Assembly (NCBI GenBank): GCA_024679065.1
Contig: JAGIQG010000040.1
Location: forward strand, 7,378,001-7,442,000
Direction: 5' to 3'
Length of the DNA: 64,000 nucleotides
DNA from: Sphyrna mokarran
Taxonomy: Eukaryota
In this document: positions 51,144-64,000 of the stretch, in pieces
Numbering within the stretch: the stretch's first letter is position 1
Layout: each line of letters starts with the position of its first letter
The notes under the pieces: model-generated
Database searches by the model: none
What the model saw: only the letters and a program-made list of their open reading frames with translations
What the model was told of the DNA's origin: nothing
Position numbers and translations under genes: made by a program

Positions 51144-52703
51144 GCTCTTAGAAGACACAAACCTTCGAAAGTTTATGTTTTATGCGCCCATAGTCAATTA
51201 CTTTTTCATAATTCACCAATGTGATATTCATAACACCCCAATTCTATCTTTCTCGGAATGAAATGGAGGTATTAAATCTCGGAGCCCTTATAAACTTGAG
51301 GTTCATTTGGCTTTCAGACGATAAATTTATGAGTGTAAGATACATATGCCATTGAAAAGACCCAGAGTTTTGAAATATACCACAGTCTTACCAAATGGGA
51401 AGAAGTTCAGAGTTATTCTATACATTATACACATTCGGTTGTCCTCATTTTCTTTGTTTGTTTTCACTGAAAGTACAGACTGATACAAATACGAACAGTA
51501 AATAATAACATCGAAATACATAAACTAGAAATAGGAGTCTATTCGAGCCTGTTCTGCCATTTATTCTGATGCTGGCTGGTCATCAAATTTAAAATCATGA
51601 TTTCTCCTTTCCCCGCAAAAATCTTTGGACCCATGAGCCACATCTAACTTCTTTTTAAAAACTCTCGATAAAGGCAGTGGGTATGACAGCATCATCTTTG
51701 GAGAGAAAACAAAATAAAAGTTTCAGATCTAAATGATCCTTATACCGAACTAAAGCAAGATAGAAAACTACCGAATTGTCCTTTTGGAGAAGGAGGGGCA
51801 CATTATTACAAGAGGCTTTGGTCGGGGCAAAAGAAGTAAGGACAAATTTGTCGCGGACGTAAGATAAAATGAAGCACAGAATGCTGAAGGTGGACTTGAG
51901 GGAATGACAGCTACCTGAAGTGTATCTGCATTACAATTTGAAATACAAGCAAATCACGGTTTCTTCTGGAATTTCTCTTTTTTCTATGAATGCGAGTGTG
52001 GATCAAATTAAGTAAAAGTGCAGAAAGGGAAGTTTTGCCCCCTTTCAAAGCAACGTGTCCTTACCAAGAAAGTTGTAATCAGAAACAATGATGGGTATAA
52101 CTGCTGCATGGAGTAAAACAAAAATGTTAATTCTGAATGTTGAAAGTGAAGAGGGGCGTTCAGGTGTTTCTGCAGGAGGTACTGTAGCGCATCACCAATG
52201 CACGACGCTATCACTTTTCAAGGGCTATGCAGGATGGGTAAAAATTGTTGACATAACCAGCCAAACCGCTATTCTTTAACGAATGAATTTTGCTGGGTGC
52301 ATTTCATAACTTAAGAGTTTGGGGCCTTCAACATCATTTGTTGTTTATAATTATAAGAAAAGCTACTAAAGGTTTTGAATGTCTTGAAAATATTAACATT
52401 GTTTAAGTTTTTTAATTTCTTCGAGGTATTTTTCTTGCTGTCAAAAAGACCTCTTGACTTTAACCTGAGAACAGAAGGAGCGACAGTTGATTTTGGTTGA
52501 AGGCATCAAGAACTATGAGCATTTCTCGGGGAAGTGGCCTTCCCGCGGTGTTCCATCCTGCCCAACCACCCCCTCCCCTCCCTCGCCGTGATGAAGCCTC
52601 CATCAGCCAGACATTGCATTCAATCTCAAACCAACAATCCACGTCGATTGGGATTTCGCAATCCAAAACCCAGGCTGTCATTTTCTGATAAAGAAATGTA
52701 ACT

Positions 52704-53708
52704 AGTTCTGTTACTAGTGGTGTACATCAGGGATCTGTTTTGGGGCCCCTGCTGTTTGTAATTTTTATAAATGATCTGGATGAGGGTATTGAAGGATGGA
52801 TTAGTAAATTTGCGGATGACACCAAGGTCGGAGGAGTGGCAGATAGTGAAGAGGGGTGTTATAGTTTGCAGAGAGACTTAGACAAGTTGCAGAGCTGGGC
52901 CGAGAGGTGGCAAATGGAGTTTAATGTGGAAAAGTGTGAGGTAATGCACTTTGGCAGGAATAACAAATGTGTAGAGTATAGGGCTAATGGTAGGACTCTT
53001 AATAGTGTTGATGAACAGAGGGATCTTGGTGTATGTGTGCATAGATCCCTGAAAGTTGGCAATCAAGTCGATAAGGTTGTTAAGAAGGCATACGGAGTCT
53101 TAGCTTTTATTGGTAGGGGGATTGAATTTCGGAGCCGCAACGTCATGTTGCAACTGTACAAAACTCTAGTGCGGCCGCACTTGGAGTATTGTGTGCAGTT
53201 CTGGTCCCCGCATTATAAGAAAGATGTGGAGGCATTGGAGAGGGTACAGAGGAGGTTTACCAGGATGTTGCCTGGTATGGAGGGCAGGTCTTATGAAGAG
53301 AGGCTGAGGGATTTGAGGTTGTTTTCATTAGAAGGAAGGCGGCTAAGAGGTGACCTTATTGAAACATATAAGATGATTAGAGGTTTAGATAGGGTGGACA
53401 GTGATAGCCTTTTTCTTAGGATGGAGAAAGCTAGCACGAGGGGACATAGCTTTAAATTAAGGGGTGGTGGTTTTAGGACAGATGTCAGAGGTATGTTCTT
53501 TACCCAGAGGGTGGTAAGGGTATGGGAATGCCTTGCCTACGTCAGTTGTAGATGCGCCAAGTTTGGTGGCGTTTAAGAGGTTAGTAGACAAGTTTATGGA
53601 TGAAAGGGGAATGGTTTAGGTTAGAGGGTCACTGCTTGTTCCTAATTGGTCGGCGCAACATCGAAGGCCAAAGGGCCTATTCTGCGCTGTAATGTTCTAT
53701 GTTCTATG
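52704..53708 (+). mobile_element. Young CR1 LINE, 5'-truncated, ~250 bp upstream of the intact GPCR
   Basis: RT C-terminus with a late frameshift, tail, and flanking direct repeat ATGTAACT (52696-52703 and 53706-53713). Confidence 0.95.
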
Positions 53709-53960
53709 TAACTGGACTCGATTTCTGCTCTCTAGAAAATGTGAATTAGAATAGGAAAGGACCACGAAAAATAATAATTCCATAAAAATCGTAACAAGCA
53801 AGCGTGGAACACCTGTATTGATCTGTTTTTCTTTAAAACAATGAATGTAATCAATGTAAATAGAAAACAACCATCTAATTATTTCCCTGGAGCCTCATAT
53901 CATGTATAAATGTTACCATTGTCAATTTAATGCAGAAGGCGCTCAGATCGTCTATTCACA

Positions 53961-54030
53961 ATGCATGCACCAACAAAAGGTCTGCTATTTGCCATTTACT
54001 ATCTTGTACTTGCAGTTATTGGGATTCCAG
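53961..54030 (+). CDS. GPR139/GPR142-like orphan GPCR, exon 1 (MHAPTKGLLFAIYYLVLAVIGIP)
   Basis: ATG, first half of TM1 (IYY..LAVIGIP) and phase-1 donor CCAG|GTACAG. Joins exon 2 to rebuild the class A TM1 motif GIPAN. Confidence 0.82.
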
Positions 54031-54599
54031 GTACAGTACTGTAGATGGTAATTACTGTTTGCCTATTTTATTCAGCCGTGTTCCTTCTCTCTTGTTGCCA
54101 ACAAAGAATCTCCACAATGCTCTTTATTCTTTAATCACATTTTCACATCAGATATATTAATTCCAAGTTCGATTGGCATGCTTTATTTTTCATTTCATGG
54201 AAAATCAATAGTGACTATTCTTTCTTTTTACAATTTGTTTTCCATTTTCATTAGTGGTGCTTATTCACTTTATAATGTTTTTCCTTTAACTGTGTGCTAC
54301 CTATAGATGACATTTAGCATTGATTTACCGCTACCACATCACAACACAAAAGTCCTTTAGTTGCATTACTGACAAACCTGCAGACTAGCTTCATAATTAT
54401 GTAATCATGTTACTGAGTCAGCGCAGAATTGCGACAGAAAACAGGGAGCTGAGCTCTGCTTTTCCATCAAGCATTGCGACCGCAGTCCAAATCTCAGAGT
54501 GCAAGCAGTGACTGGAGTCATTTGGCTCATCCTCGAGGGTGCAAGATACTTGGATAGTAGTTTAAAATAGGTGGTCGCAACACAGCTTAATTGGGCTGG

Positions 54600-54995
54600 C
54601 GGCAGAAAATGAATGGGTGACCACTGGATAATCCAAGCGAATGAGACAATTAGAACAAGACTCCCTTGCGGTCCCGCTCAGAAATACTTTTTCTTCTTTG
54701 GAAGCTGGTGAGCGTTTTGGTTTCTTAAAGGACTGCGTTCAGAGCTAACGACTCTGTCAAGTCAAGCGACTCGCCTGCACAAGACTGGAATTATAAAAAG
54801 AAAAGCGCAAGAGTATAGGGAATTAATTGTTTTGAGAAATGAACAAATGTTTGTTCGGACGTAGAACGTGACTGCCAGATGGTATGTTGCCATCCTGGTG
54901 TTCAGGATCAAGGATGCCACAGAGAAAGCTGCAGTGCATTTCTGCTGTGGGAAGGTGAACAGCCAGATATCGTAGCCGACAATGGTTCCATTAAT
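54600..54995 (+). mobile_element. Decayed CR1 ORF1 (SGNH-esterase-like) fragment in the GPCR intron
   Basis: WVTT.., AVPLRN.., MVCCHPG..IKD..EGEQPDIV resemble the CR1 ORF1 motif VCCLPGA..GEQP.VVVH. Confidence 0.6.
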
Positions 54996-55562
54996 TGGAT
55001 AGACAATGTCTGTTCACTTTTCTCTCCTTTAAGATTTTTTTTGATCAATTCGGCGGCAGGTATATTCAACAGTGGATAATTCATCATAAATCATTAGATG
55101 TGACCATTTTCCAACTGAACAAAATATGCAGATTTATATTTTTTGACAGATTTCACACGCAAAAGTATTACTTTTATGTTGTCGTTGTTTTACGACGTTT
55201 TTAATTAACAAGCTTTAAATTGTTCTATATGTTCTGCATTTCTTTGTTGAATTATTTTTTCCATCCATTCCTTTGATGGTTTTCATGTGTTTCTGATGTT
55301 TTCTCCAGTGTTGTATTTCCCGATATTATTTTGCAATCCAATGTTGCCGACCTAGTACCTTTAATCCAAACCTTATTTAAATCCGTAGACAAAACTTTGT
55401 CTCCAGCATAACGGAGATTTTCCAGGCAGAATCATTTAATTTATATGTATAATACTATAGAACGAAATATGGTTTTAGTGGTGCACTAATAACGTAACTG
55501 CTCACATGGTTTCTCAGAAAGTATCCTCTCTATTGTTCAATCTCTTTTTACTTTCATTTCAG

Positions 55563-56473
55563 CGAACTTGGCAGTCATTGTGATTCTTTCCCGGAGAAAC
55601 TGTGGTATCTCTAGATGTATCAATCACTACGTGGTTTCCATGGCAGCGACTGATCTCCTGGTTATTATCACCACTGTTATCTTAAATAGGATCGCCGGGA
55701 TTTATTTTCCAAATAGTTTCCTGTCCATCACACCCATATGCAGCCTTCGTATTGTCCTGATCTATATAGCCATAGACAGTTCCGCCTGGTTGACAGTCGC
55801 CTTCACCTTTGATCGATTTGTGGCTATTTGTTGCCAGAAATTGAAATTAAAATATTGCAGGACCAACATAGCATCATGGGTGATAGGAACAGTGTGCATA
55901 TTGTGTTGCTTCAAAAATAGCTTCTTGTATTTTGCGTTCGAGCCTATGCACATCATTAATAATGTATCCTGGTTCTGTATCCCGAAACGAATAACTTACA
56001 TATCGCCAGTATGGCAAGCATATGATTTGATTCGATCTATTTTAATGCCCTGTCTCCCGTTCATTTTGATTTTATTGCTCAATGCTCTGACTGCCGGACA
56101 CATTCTTGTGGCCAATAGAGTTCGCAGGAGACTCCATTTCAGCAACATTAGAGAGAATCAGAATGACCCTGAGATGGAGAAGCGGAAAAAGTCCATCGTT
56201 TTACTCTTCGCAATCTCGAGCAGTTTCATCTTGTTGTATTCTTTATTTTTTGTAACTATCCTATATATGCGAATTGCGAAAGTTGAATTTTACTCGGCCT
56301 CTGACACCAGTCAATCGTCATTGCTCTTGGAAGAGAGCGGGTACATGCTTCAATTTTTTAGCTCTTGTGTCAACCCTTTTATTTATGCTGGGGTCCAGAG
56401 TAAATTTAGAGCCGAGTTGAAGAAGGGGGTGCACTATCCACTGCGTTTGTTGGTTAAATTATTTAAATTTTGA
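55563..56473 (+). CDS. GPR139/GPR142-like class A GPCR, exon 2 (total 326 aa, intact)
   Basis: Pyrimidine tract and AG at 55561-55562. Open frame with TM2 SMAATDLL, TM3 AFTFDRFVAIC, TM4 W, TM5 LPF, TM6 KSIVLLFAIS and TM7 NPFIY. Family assignment is by motif recognition; exact orthology is not established. Confidence 0.88.
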
Positions 56474-56737
56474 AATTCTAAAACATGAGCACGAGCTCTA
56501 CATTTATGCTCAAGTTTCACTCACCTTGTCTAAATCTCACACAGATGCTTCAGATCCTTACCAAGTGATAAGAACATAAAAGGAATACTGTGTCAATGCA
56601 CAGGACTCTATTAATAATTGGGCCAAACAGGTTTCCAGTGTTCTGCCCAGGTACACTATAGAAAGCATTATTTCTCGTTATATTACAGCCTAGTTTGGCT
56701 CCTGTTCTGTCTAAGACCGCAAGAGCCAGTAAGTGTC

Positions 56738-56975
56738 GTGAATGCAGCTGGATCAATCACACAAACCAGCCTTCCAACCAATGACACCGCCAAAACTTTC
56801 TGCTGCCTTGGAAAAAACAGCCAGCATAATTAAGGACCACAGAAACCCCGGGCAAACCACATTCCACGTTCTTCCATCGGGAAAAAGGTACAAAAGTCTG
56901 AGGACACCCACCAACTGATAAAAGAACAGCTTCTTCCATGTTGCCAACAGACTTTGGAATGAACCTACCTTGCAT
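56738..56975 (+). mobile_element. Rex1/Babar-type LINE 3' fragment
   Basis: SITQTSLP..SIIKD..PG..LPSGKRY..KNSFF relic; a related piece lies at ~59075-59240. Confidence 0.6.
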
Positions 56976-57902
56976 TAAGTTGATCTTTCTCTTCACACCC
57001 AAAGAACAAAGAACAAAACAAAGAACGAAATAGCACAGGAAACAGGCCCTTCGGCCCAATGAGTCCGCGACACCACCGCGATGTTCCCACTTCTACCCAT
57101 GATCCCCGTCACTCCTGTCTATTTTTATAGATCTATGATTTAGATCTATAAATCACCCGTTATGATTGTAGCTCTACATTCTGCACTCTCTCCTTTTATT
57201 CCCCACAATTTGTATGCTTTAGCGTACAAAAAGCAATAATTTTCATTGTATTCTAATACATGTGATAATAGCACCTCGAATAAAACACTATGCCCTTGTA
57301 GACCAGTCACGCGATAATAAAAACACGGTCACAATCTGATGAACAAAACACATACTTCTCGAACGTGATGATAGATGATGCTTGAGATCAATGATACTCG
57401 GAAGATCTTGGGGCAGAACAGCAATTCTCAATTCTCTACAGGATACATATCTCTGGAGTCATTGCGAAGAAGCCAGGTGCTGAGGCCTGCAGATGTGAGA
57501 ATATATGGCTCATCTCCCATGGGTTATTTCAGGTCATACTTGGACCTTCACTTGCACTTAATGGAACGTTAGCATAATTGGCCCGAGATTCATAATTATT
57601 GTTGGTAATTGGGAAAATGCTGGTGTCTAATATATATAAAAAATCTATAGTTGAGAAATGGTAAAACAGTGGCAGCATTGGAGAGAAGCAGATGGATTTA
57701 GCAAAATGGAAATTAACAAATACAGTACTTCGATGAAGTAACTCATAAAGTTCATGACCGGATGCCAAAGCATGTGGATTATTTGGACTTTCTGAAGGCT
57801 TTCAGCAAGATCAGGCAAGTCATGGGGGTTACAGATAGTGCGACATGAACCCAAGATTCCGGTTGAGGCTGTGCTCATGTGTGTGGAACTTGGCTATCAG
57901 TC

Positions 57903-58237
57903 TTGCCTGGGCTTGTAAAATCTCACTAACTATCCTGCCTCAAGACAGTGCACATCTCTTTAACCTATGCTAATGCTATCTCCACTCACATGGTCTGCAT
58001 CTTTAAGATTTGAATAGCAGGTTAGTTGTAAAGACTTGCATTCTAATCAGTATTCTGTAAACTTGTGTGTGCCTTTATATTCCCTTCTCTGACCAGAACC
58101 TTCCACACACCTGACGAAGGAACACCGTTTTTGAAAGCTTGTGAGATTACTATCAAATAAACTGGTTGGACTCTAACCTGGTGTTGTGAGACTTCTTGCT
58201 ATGTTTACCCCAGTCCAACGCCGGAATCTCTACATCG
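57903..58237 (+). mobile_element. Penelope-like 3' UTR fragment
   Basis: Collinear with 50805-51143. Confidence 0.75.
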
Positions 58238-58261
58238 GGCCTGATAAGTAGCAGGAAGCAG

Positions 58262-58586
58262 AATCATAGAAACCAGGTAGTACAGAAGGAGATCTTTGGG
58301 TGGCGTCGAGTCTGCACTGAATACAATCCCACTCGAGGGTCTATCCCTAAAACCCACACATTAACCCGCTAATTCCTCTAACGGACACATCTCGGGACAT
58401 TATGGGCAATTTAGCATGACCAATCAACTTAACCTGCATACCTTTGCATTGTAAGACGAAACCGCAGCATCCAGAGGAAATCCACGCAGGCACAGGGAAA
58501 ATGTACAACTTCCACACAGTCAGTGATCCAATCCGGGAATCGAAACTCGGTCCGTGGAGCTGTGAAGCAGCAGTGCTAACCATTGT
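58262..58586 (-). mobile_element. HE1-like SINE
   Basis: Core and head GAGCTGTGAAGCAGCAGTGCTAACCA as in the other copies; another copy at 59259-59546. Confidence 0.8.
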
Positions 58587-59666
58587 GGAAAGATCATAGT
58601 AAGAAAATAAATTATTAAAAACAGATGCGAGGTGATTATCTCTCAAAGGTTTATTGTCCATATCATAACGATTAATCGCCATTCGTTAGTGTTATTAATA
58701 GAAACACACTTCATTATCTCTTTATTGCATTGTTGCAGGTTTTAGCAAATATTCCTCGGAAATGTTATTTGTCTCCTTCAAGGATTGAAGCCTCACAGGC
58801 ACAACTATTTTATCAAGAGATTCAAATGTCCTAAAAGTCATAATTTGAAGCGTTGAACTGACTTGTATTTCAGTAACATTTTGTCCTCGTTGATAGTTGG
58901 AGTCTAGCCCAAATTTATTAAAAGAAAAAAAGTGCTGCAAACATTCTGCAGGTCCACATGCCTTTTTCTCCACACATTTTCCGCCTGACACCTGATATTT
59001 AGCATTCAAAATTTTATCTCGCTCACTAATCAAACCAAAACTGCAGCAATCGTCAAAGGATTCCGACGCTTCTCATCCACTGGCCCCTTGTACACTTCCC
59101 GCTGCTTCGTAAAAGCATGCAGCATAATCAAGGACTCCACGCATGCCAGACATATTCTCTTCCAGCTTTTTTCCATCGGGAAAAAGATACGAAATCACAA
59201 AACGATTGCACCACAGAATGAGCCAATTACAAAGGTTTTTTTTTGCAGTACTCACATGTCATAGAATCCCCACAAAATGCAGAAAGAGACTATTTGGCCC
59301 TTCAGGTCTGCACCGACGACTATTCCACCCATGCTGACAATCCCGCTGACACTAAGAGGCAAATTAGCATGGTCAATTCATTTAATCTGCACGTCTTTCC
59401 GCTATGGGTGGAAACCAGAGAGAAAAAAACACAGGGACTCTGACAGACACGGGAAATATGTGCAAATTCCATGCAGACGGTCAGCCAAGGCTGGAATTGA
59501 ACCTGGGTCCCTGGTGCTGTGAGGCAGCACTGCTGACAACCGTGCTCCCTAGAGGCACCGCACTTGGTCAGGGGGAGTCAGCGGATGTACTGTACATAAA
59601 TCGCAATTGAACCTCTGTGATGAGGGCTGTTGGGATTTGAAAATTGAAAGTTACATTTCGAAAGAT

Positions 59667-60143
59667 AGAACATAGAACATTACAGTGCAGTACAGGCCCT
59701 TCGGCCCTCGATGTTGCGCCGGCCAGTGGACCCTCTAACCTAAACTATTCCAATATCATCCATATGCCTATCCACCGACCATTTGAATTGCCCCCAAAGT
59801 AGGCGAGTCCACAACTGCTGCTGGCAGGGCATTCCACGCCCTCACCACCCTCTGTGTAAAGAACCTGCCTCTGACATCCGTCCTATAACTACCACCTCTT
59901 AATTTAAAGTTATGTCCCCTCGTGTTGGTCATCACCATCCGAGGAAAAAGGCTCTCACTATCAACCCTATCCAATCCTTTGATCATCTTATACGCCTCAA
60001 TTAGGTCACCGCGTAACCTTCTTCTCTCTAATGAAAATAACCTCAGATCCCTCAGCCTTTCCTCATAAGGCCTTCCCACCATACCAGGCAACATCCTGGT
60101 AAACTTCCTCTGCACCCTTTCCAATGCTTCCACATCTTTCTTA
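59667..60143 (-). mobile_element. CR1 LINE 3' fragment, related subfamily
   Basis: YKKDVEALERVQRKFTRMLPG..TRGHNFKL..WNALP and tail, with a different 3' UTR. Confidence 0.92.
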
Positions 60144-60459
60144 TAGATAGGAGGATGGGAAATGGGAGCAGATAGAGACAAATTCAGCCCTTCGATCCTG
60201 CACTGTTATTCAATCAGATCATGGCTGACGTCTCCTCGGTCTGAAATCCAATTCTCCACTTATACTCCACAATTCTTTAATCCGTTTTTATCAGAAATAT
60301 ACTTATCTCTTTATTAAAATTATTCAAGGATTCAGAATCCACACCAGCGAATTCCAACAATTGGCCAACCTCTGCGAGAAATAGTTCCTCGTCATGTCAG
60401 TTTTAAACCTACCGCCTCTCAACTTATAACCGTGACCTTGTGTTCATGGATTTGGGCCT

Positions 60460-60717
60460 ATGCCTGTGGGAGTTTGCACATTCTCCCCGTGCTTGCGTGG
60501 GTTTTCTCCGGGTACTCCGGTTTCCTCCCACATCCCAAAGATGTGCTCTCAGCCTAATTGGCAGAACAAATTCTCCCTAAATTGTCTCAAATTTGGTTCC
60601 AACGCATAGATCTATAAACATAGACAGAGATCATGGGTAGAAATGGGAACATCGAGGTGGCAGCGCGGGCTCGTTGGGCCGAAGGGCCTGTTTCCCGTGC
60701 TGTTTTGTTCTTTGTTT
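60460..60717 (+). mobile_element. SINE subfamily with a distinct 3' region
   Basis: Core followed by AGATCTATAAACATAGACAG..GGGAACATCG..GGCCGAAGGGCCTG..TTGTTCTTTGTT. The same 3' region occurs at ~830-940 (+) and ~57001-57140 (-). Confidence 0.78.
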
Positions 60718-62162
60718 ATTCTATCAATCCATTGTAGAATTTTATATATCTCGATCAGTTCCCCTCTCATCTTCTAAACTCCAGCAGCTTGTGGGAAATT
60801 TTCACCTGTCAATTTCGTCAACCAGTGAAATGAACGGCTGCTGTCCTTCGTTGAAGGATCCACTTACGTCCCATCCAAATAGGACATTTTGAAGAACAAA
60901 CTTTTCTCCAGTAAAAAAAAGATTTGAGAAGAAGATAGTAAGCAAATGGATAAAGGTAAGTCAGTTTGAAAAACACAGTTCAGTATGACTTTGGTAGACC
61001 AGTGGTTTGTGTTCAGCACTCCCCCGGTGATTTTTAGTTCCAATTCCGCTCAGGAATAGAAGATTCATTGTTCTCAGCGCACGATTAAGAATGAACTGTT
61101 TTACTCCATGAGCAAAAGGAGGTCTTCTAAAATTACGACTTTACATTAGAACTTGAAATATGCACATCAGTTCAAGAACAAACACAGAAAGAGAAGGACA
61201 ATGATAGACTGCTGATGATAGAGATGGTAATGCAAGTAACATCTGGATAGCAATTGGACAGATTTTACCACTGCCACTGCATTATTCTACCTCACTCAGC
61301 AATGAAAATCATTTGGAAATATTTCTGTCTGGATTCGAATGGTCAGAAGCAGAATTGGTAACTGTAACGCAATGTTTGTTGTATGTTGTCATTGGCTGAA
61401 TACATCATTGGTGTTGAAGCAGAAGGTGCCATTTTGCAGGAGAAACTTCTTTGTGGTAAAAATGATCTGTGTGAAAGTTAAAATAACAAAAGGAGCGTGG
61501 ATAAAACAAATCGTATAACACTGGATAAGAGCAAATTAATGCGGATGCTGGTATCTGGAAGCAAAAGTGAAAATGCTGGAAATTCTCAGCAGGTCTGGCA
61601 ACATTAATCGGGACAGAGAACAGCTGAAGTTTCGAGTGCACATGAATCCTGGTTAAAACTTGAAATGTCAGCTCTTTTCTCTCCTTATAGATGCTGCCAG
61701 ACCTGCTGAAATTGTAAAACAAGCTGGTCTGATGGTTAAAGTTTGACACTTCCGCTGTTATTTTGTTTGCAAGTCAGAAAGTAAAGATCTATGGTTCTCG
61801 TCCAAACCATGAAAACAATAATCAGTTATTTCCTAGAAGAACATAGAAATCTCAGTCTCGACTTTTGTCCTGCCTTTTCTGAAGTGAAGACGGGAAGTTC
61901 AACCTGAAGGTTTCATTTCATTTCTGTTAGGAGATTGGGAACTAGGCGAGTTTAAGGACGGTTTAAATGGTGTCGGTCCTTCAATGAAACTCTTTGTGTA
62001 ACTGGAGATGGTTTTTGCTTTTTACACAGATCACGCTTATCTGATTCAATGAAGGAGCAGGTTGGAATTCCTGATGGGCTTTTCCAGATCCATTGCTTCG
62101 AATTTACTTCACTAATAATATCAATATAAAAAAAAATGACCTTGTCCCCATTACTGATGGTA

Positions 62163-62290
62163 AACATAGAACATAGAACATAGAACATTACAGCACAGAA
62201 CAGGCCCTTCGGCCTTCGATGTTGTGCCGACCAAAATATAAAGCAATGCCCCTCCAAACTAAACCATTCCCTTCTCTTCCATAAACTTAC
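62163..62290 (-). mobile_element. CR1 3' terminal fragment
   Basis: Tail repeats and 3' UTR only. Confidence 0.9.
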
Positions 62291-64000
62291 TGGTCTCCAA
62301 TTCCCTGTTTTCTGTACTTTCTTTTTTGAAAATCGGGGTGATATTCGCTACCCTCCAATCTGCAGGGACAGTTCAGCATCTGCAAAATCCTGAAAGATAA
62401 CCACCAATGCATCTAATATTTCCACAGCTATTTTTTAAGTACTCCAGAATGTTGATTATCAGGCTCTGGGGATTCATTTCTGTCAAGTTTTACACAATCA
62501 TTTCTTTGCTAATATTGATCTTCCTCAGTTTTCCCCCTCTCTAAATCTTGAATTTTCCAGCATTTCTGGCATCTGATTTGTGCCTGTTTTGTGAAGACAG
62601 AACCTAATTATGTATGCAGTTGCATAGCCATTTCTTTCTCCACTATTATAGATTCCCCAGGTTCTGTCTGCACAGTACCTACATTTGTCTTCAAACTCTT
62701 TCCCAACGGAATCTGGATATGAACCATTCAAGTCTTCTGATTTATCAGAGGCTGGGCTCATTACATGACTGTAGAATTTTACTGAAGCTCCAACACCCAC
62801 TCCAAAGGATAGGATTCTACAGCTCCATCCTCACCCTAACAACTAAAAAAAAAGTGCCTGGGAGTGTGATAGAGGCAAGTTCAATACATACATTCAAAAG
62901 TGAATTGTACGCCTTATGTAAAACGGAGAATGAGCAGGATCATAGGAAGACATTGAGGAAATAATAGGAGGTAACTGCTTACTCAGAGAGCCGGCCAGAG
63001 AGGTCAGGGTGGGTCAAATGGCTTTCAGTGCAAATCAAGAGGTTAATTTGAGTTGTTTAAATTCTTGAAGGTCAATCAAGTCATTTACTCCCTAGCACGA
63101 GAAAATATTTGCATTACTTCTCATTTCCATTACAGAATGGGGCAGGCTCGAGGGGCTGGATAGCCTACTCCTGCTCTTATTTCTTATTTCTTATGTATTA
63201 TATGAATCGATTGATCAAACCGTGTCTTCAACGAAACTCCAGGGCTTCAGTGCAAAGTTATCTCTAATCTGTTAATTGAAAACCACAAACCTAGATTGAA
63301 GTGGATCTGTTTACTGAATAAAATTCCTTCTTCCCTATCTTGTTTTTTTAAAAATGTTTCAGAGGGGTAACAAGTCAAATTTCACGACTTCACAGAAATG
63401 ACTCTAATGTTTCATTTCTCGCTCCCTATCGGCATAACAAAACATGTAGTAAAAATTAACCTTGTTGTACTGTTTTCTCTCTCCATCTCATTGTTCCCTT
63501 CTTTTGTTTTCCTATCTGTCTGAGTAATTCACATTTATTCTGACATTTATTCTCCGAACGTCGAAACTGTGAACATTCACTGTGAGTCTGCAATCAAATC
63601 CAATAAAAAAAAAGAATGCTGCCCTTTATTCATCAATCACAGCCCGTAATCTGTGAAACTATTATCCACATTTGCACAATGCAGGATTACCAGGAACTAA
63701 AGAACAAGTTTTAGATCCCATTTCCCAATAAACTTCCTAACGCCAGGCTGCAGAATCACTCGCTCTGCAGGGAAATTTGACTGGTTATTTTGAAGTGTAA
63801 GTCTCAGCTATTTGATGTTTTTTTTTAAACTATACCTAGTTTGCCTTCAAAAGGCAGTGGTAAGCTGTCTTTTGAACCGCTGCAGTCCATGTGGTGTTAG
63901 TACAGCCACAGACTTGTTCGGGAGTGAATTTCGGAATTTTGATCCAGCAACATTGAAGTAATGGTGATATTCTTCTCAGCCTGGTGTGTAACAGGGAGGG

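Overview
Eukaryotic, repeat-rich genomic DNA from a cartilaginous fish (shark), judged from the cluster-type IgM gene, CR1/HER1-like LINEs and HE1-like SINEs. The centrepiece is an apparently intact immunoglobulin heavy-chain (IgM) gene on the + strand. Its VDJ is already joined in frame in the genome, with no recombination signals. Structure: leader 26761-26806, fused VDJ 26985-27362, Cmu1 37707-37997, Cmu2 39325-39636, Cmu3 40090-40398, Cmu4 plus secretory tail 40915-41306, and a transmembrane exon from 45183. The secreted form splices to 575 aa. The TM exon has no stop after the usual KVK-type tail and could encode a ~17-aa cytoplasmic tail. Around it lie one intact two-exon GPR139/142-like orphan GPCR (53961-56473), three decayed paralogous GPCR copies (5.5-15.2 kb), a C2H2 zinc-finger pseudogene and two decayed tRNA copies. 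Repeats include many young 5'-truncated CR1 LINEs, SINEs, Penelope-like fragments carrying minimal hammerhead-ribozyme-like motifs, and a minisatellite derived from CR1 sequence. A 100-N gap in the J-C intron is flanked by a ~2.7 kb duplication that is probably an assembly artefact. Most ORFs in the supplied track are spurious or LINE fragments.
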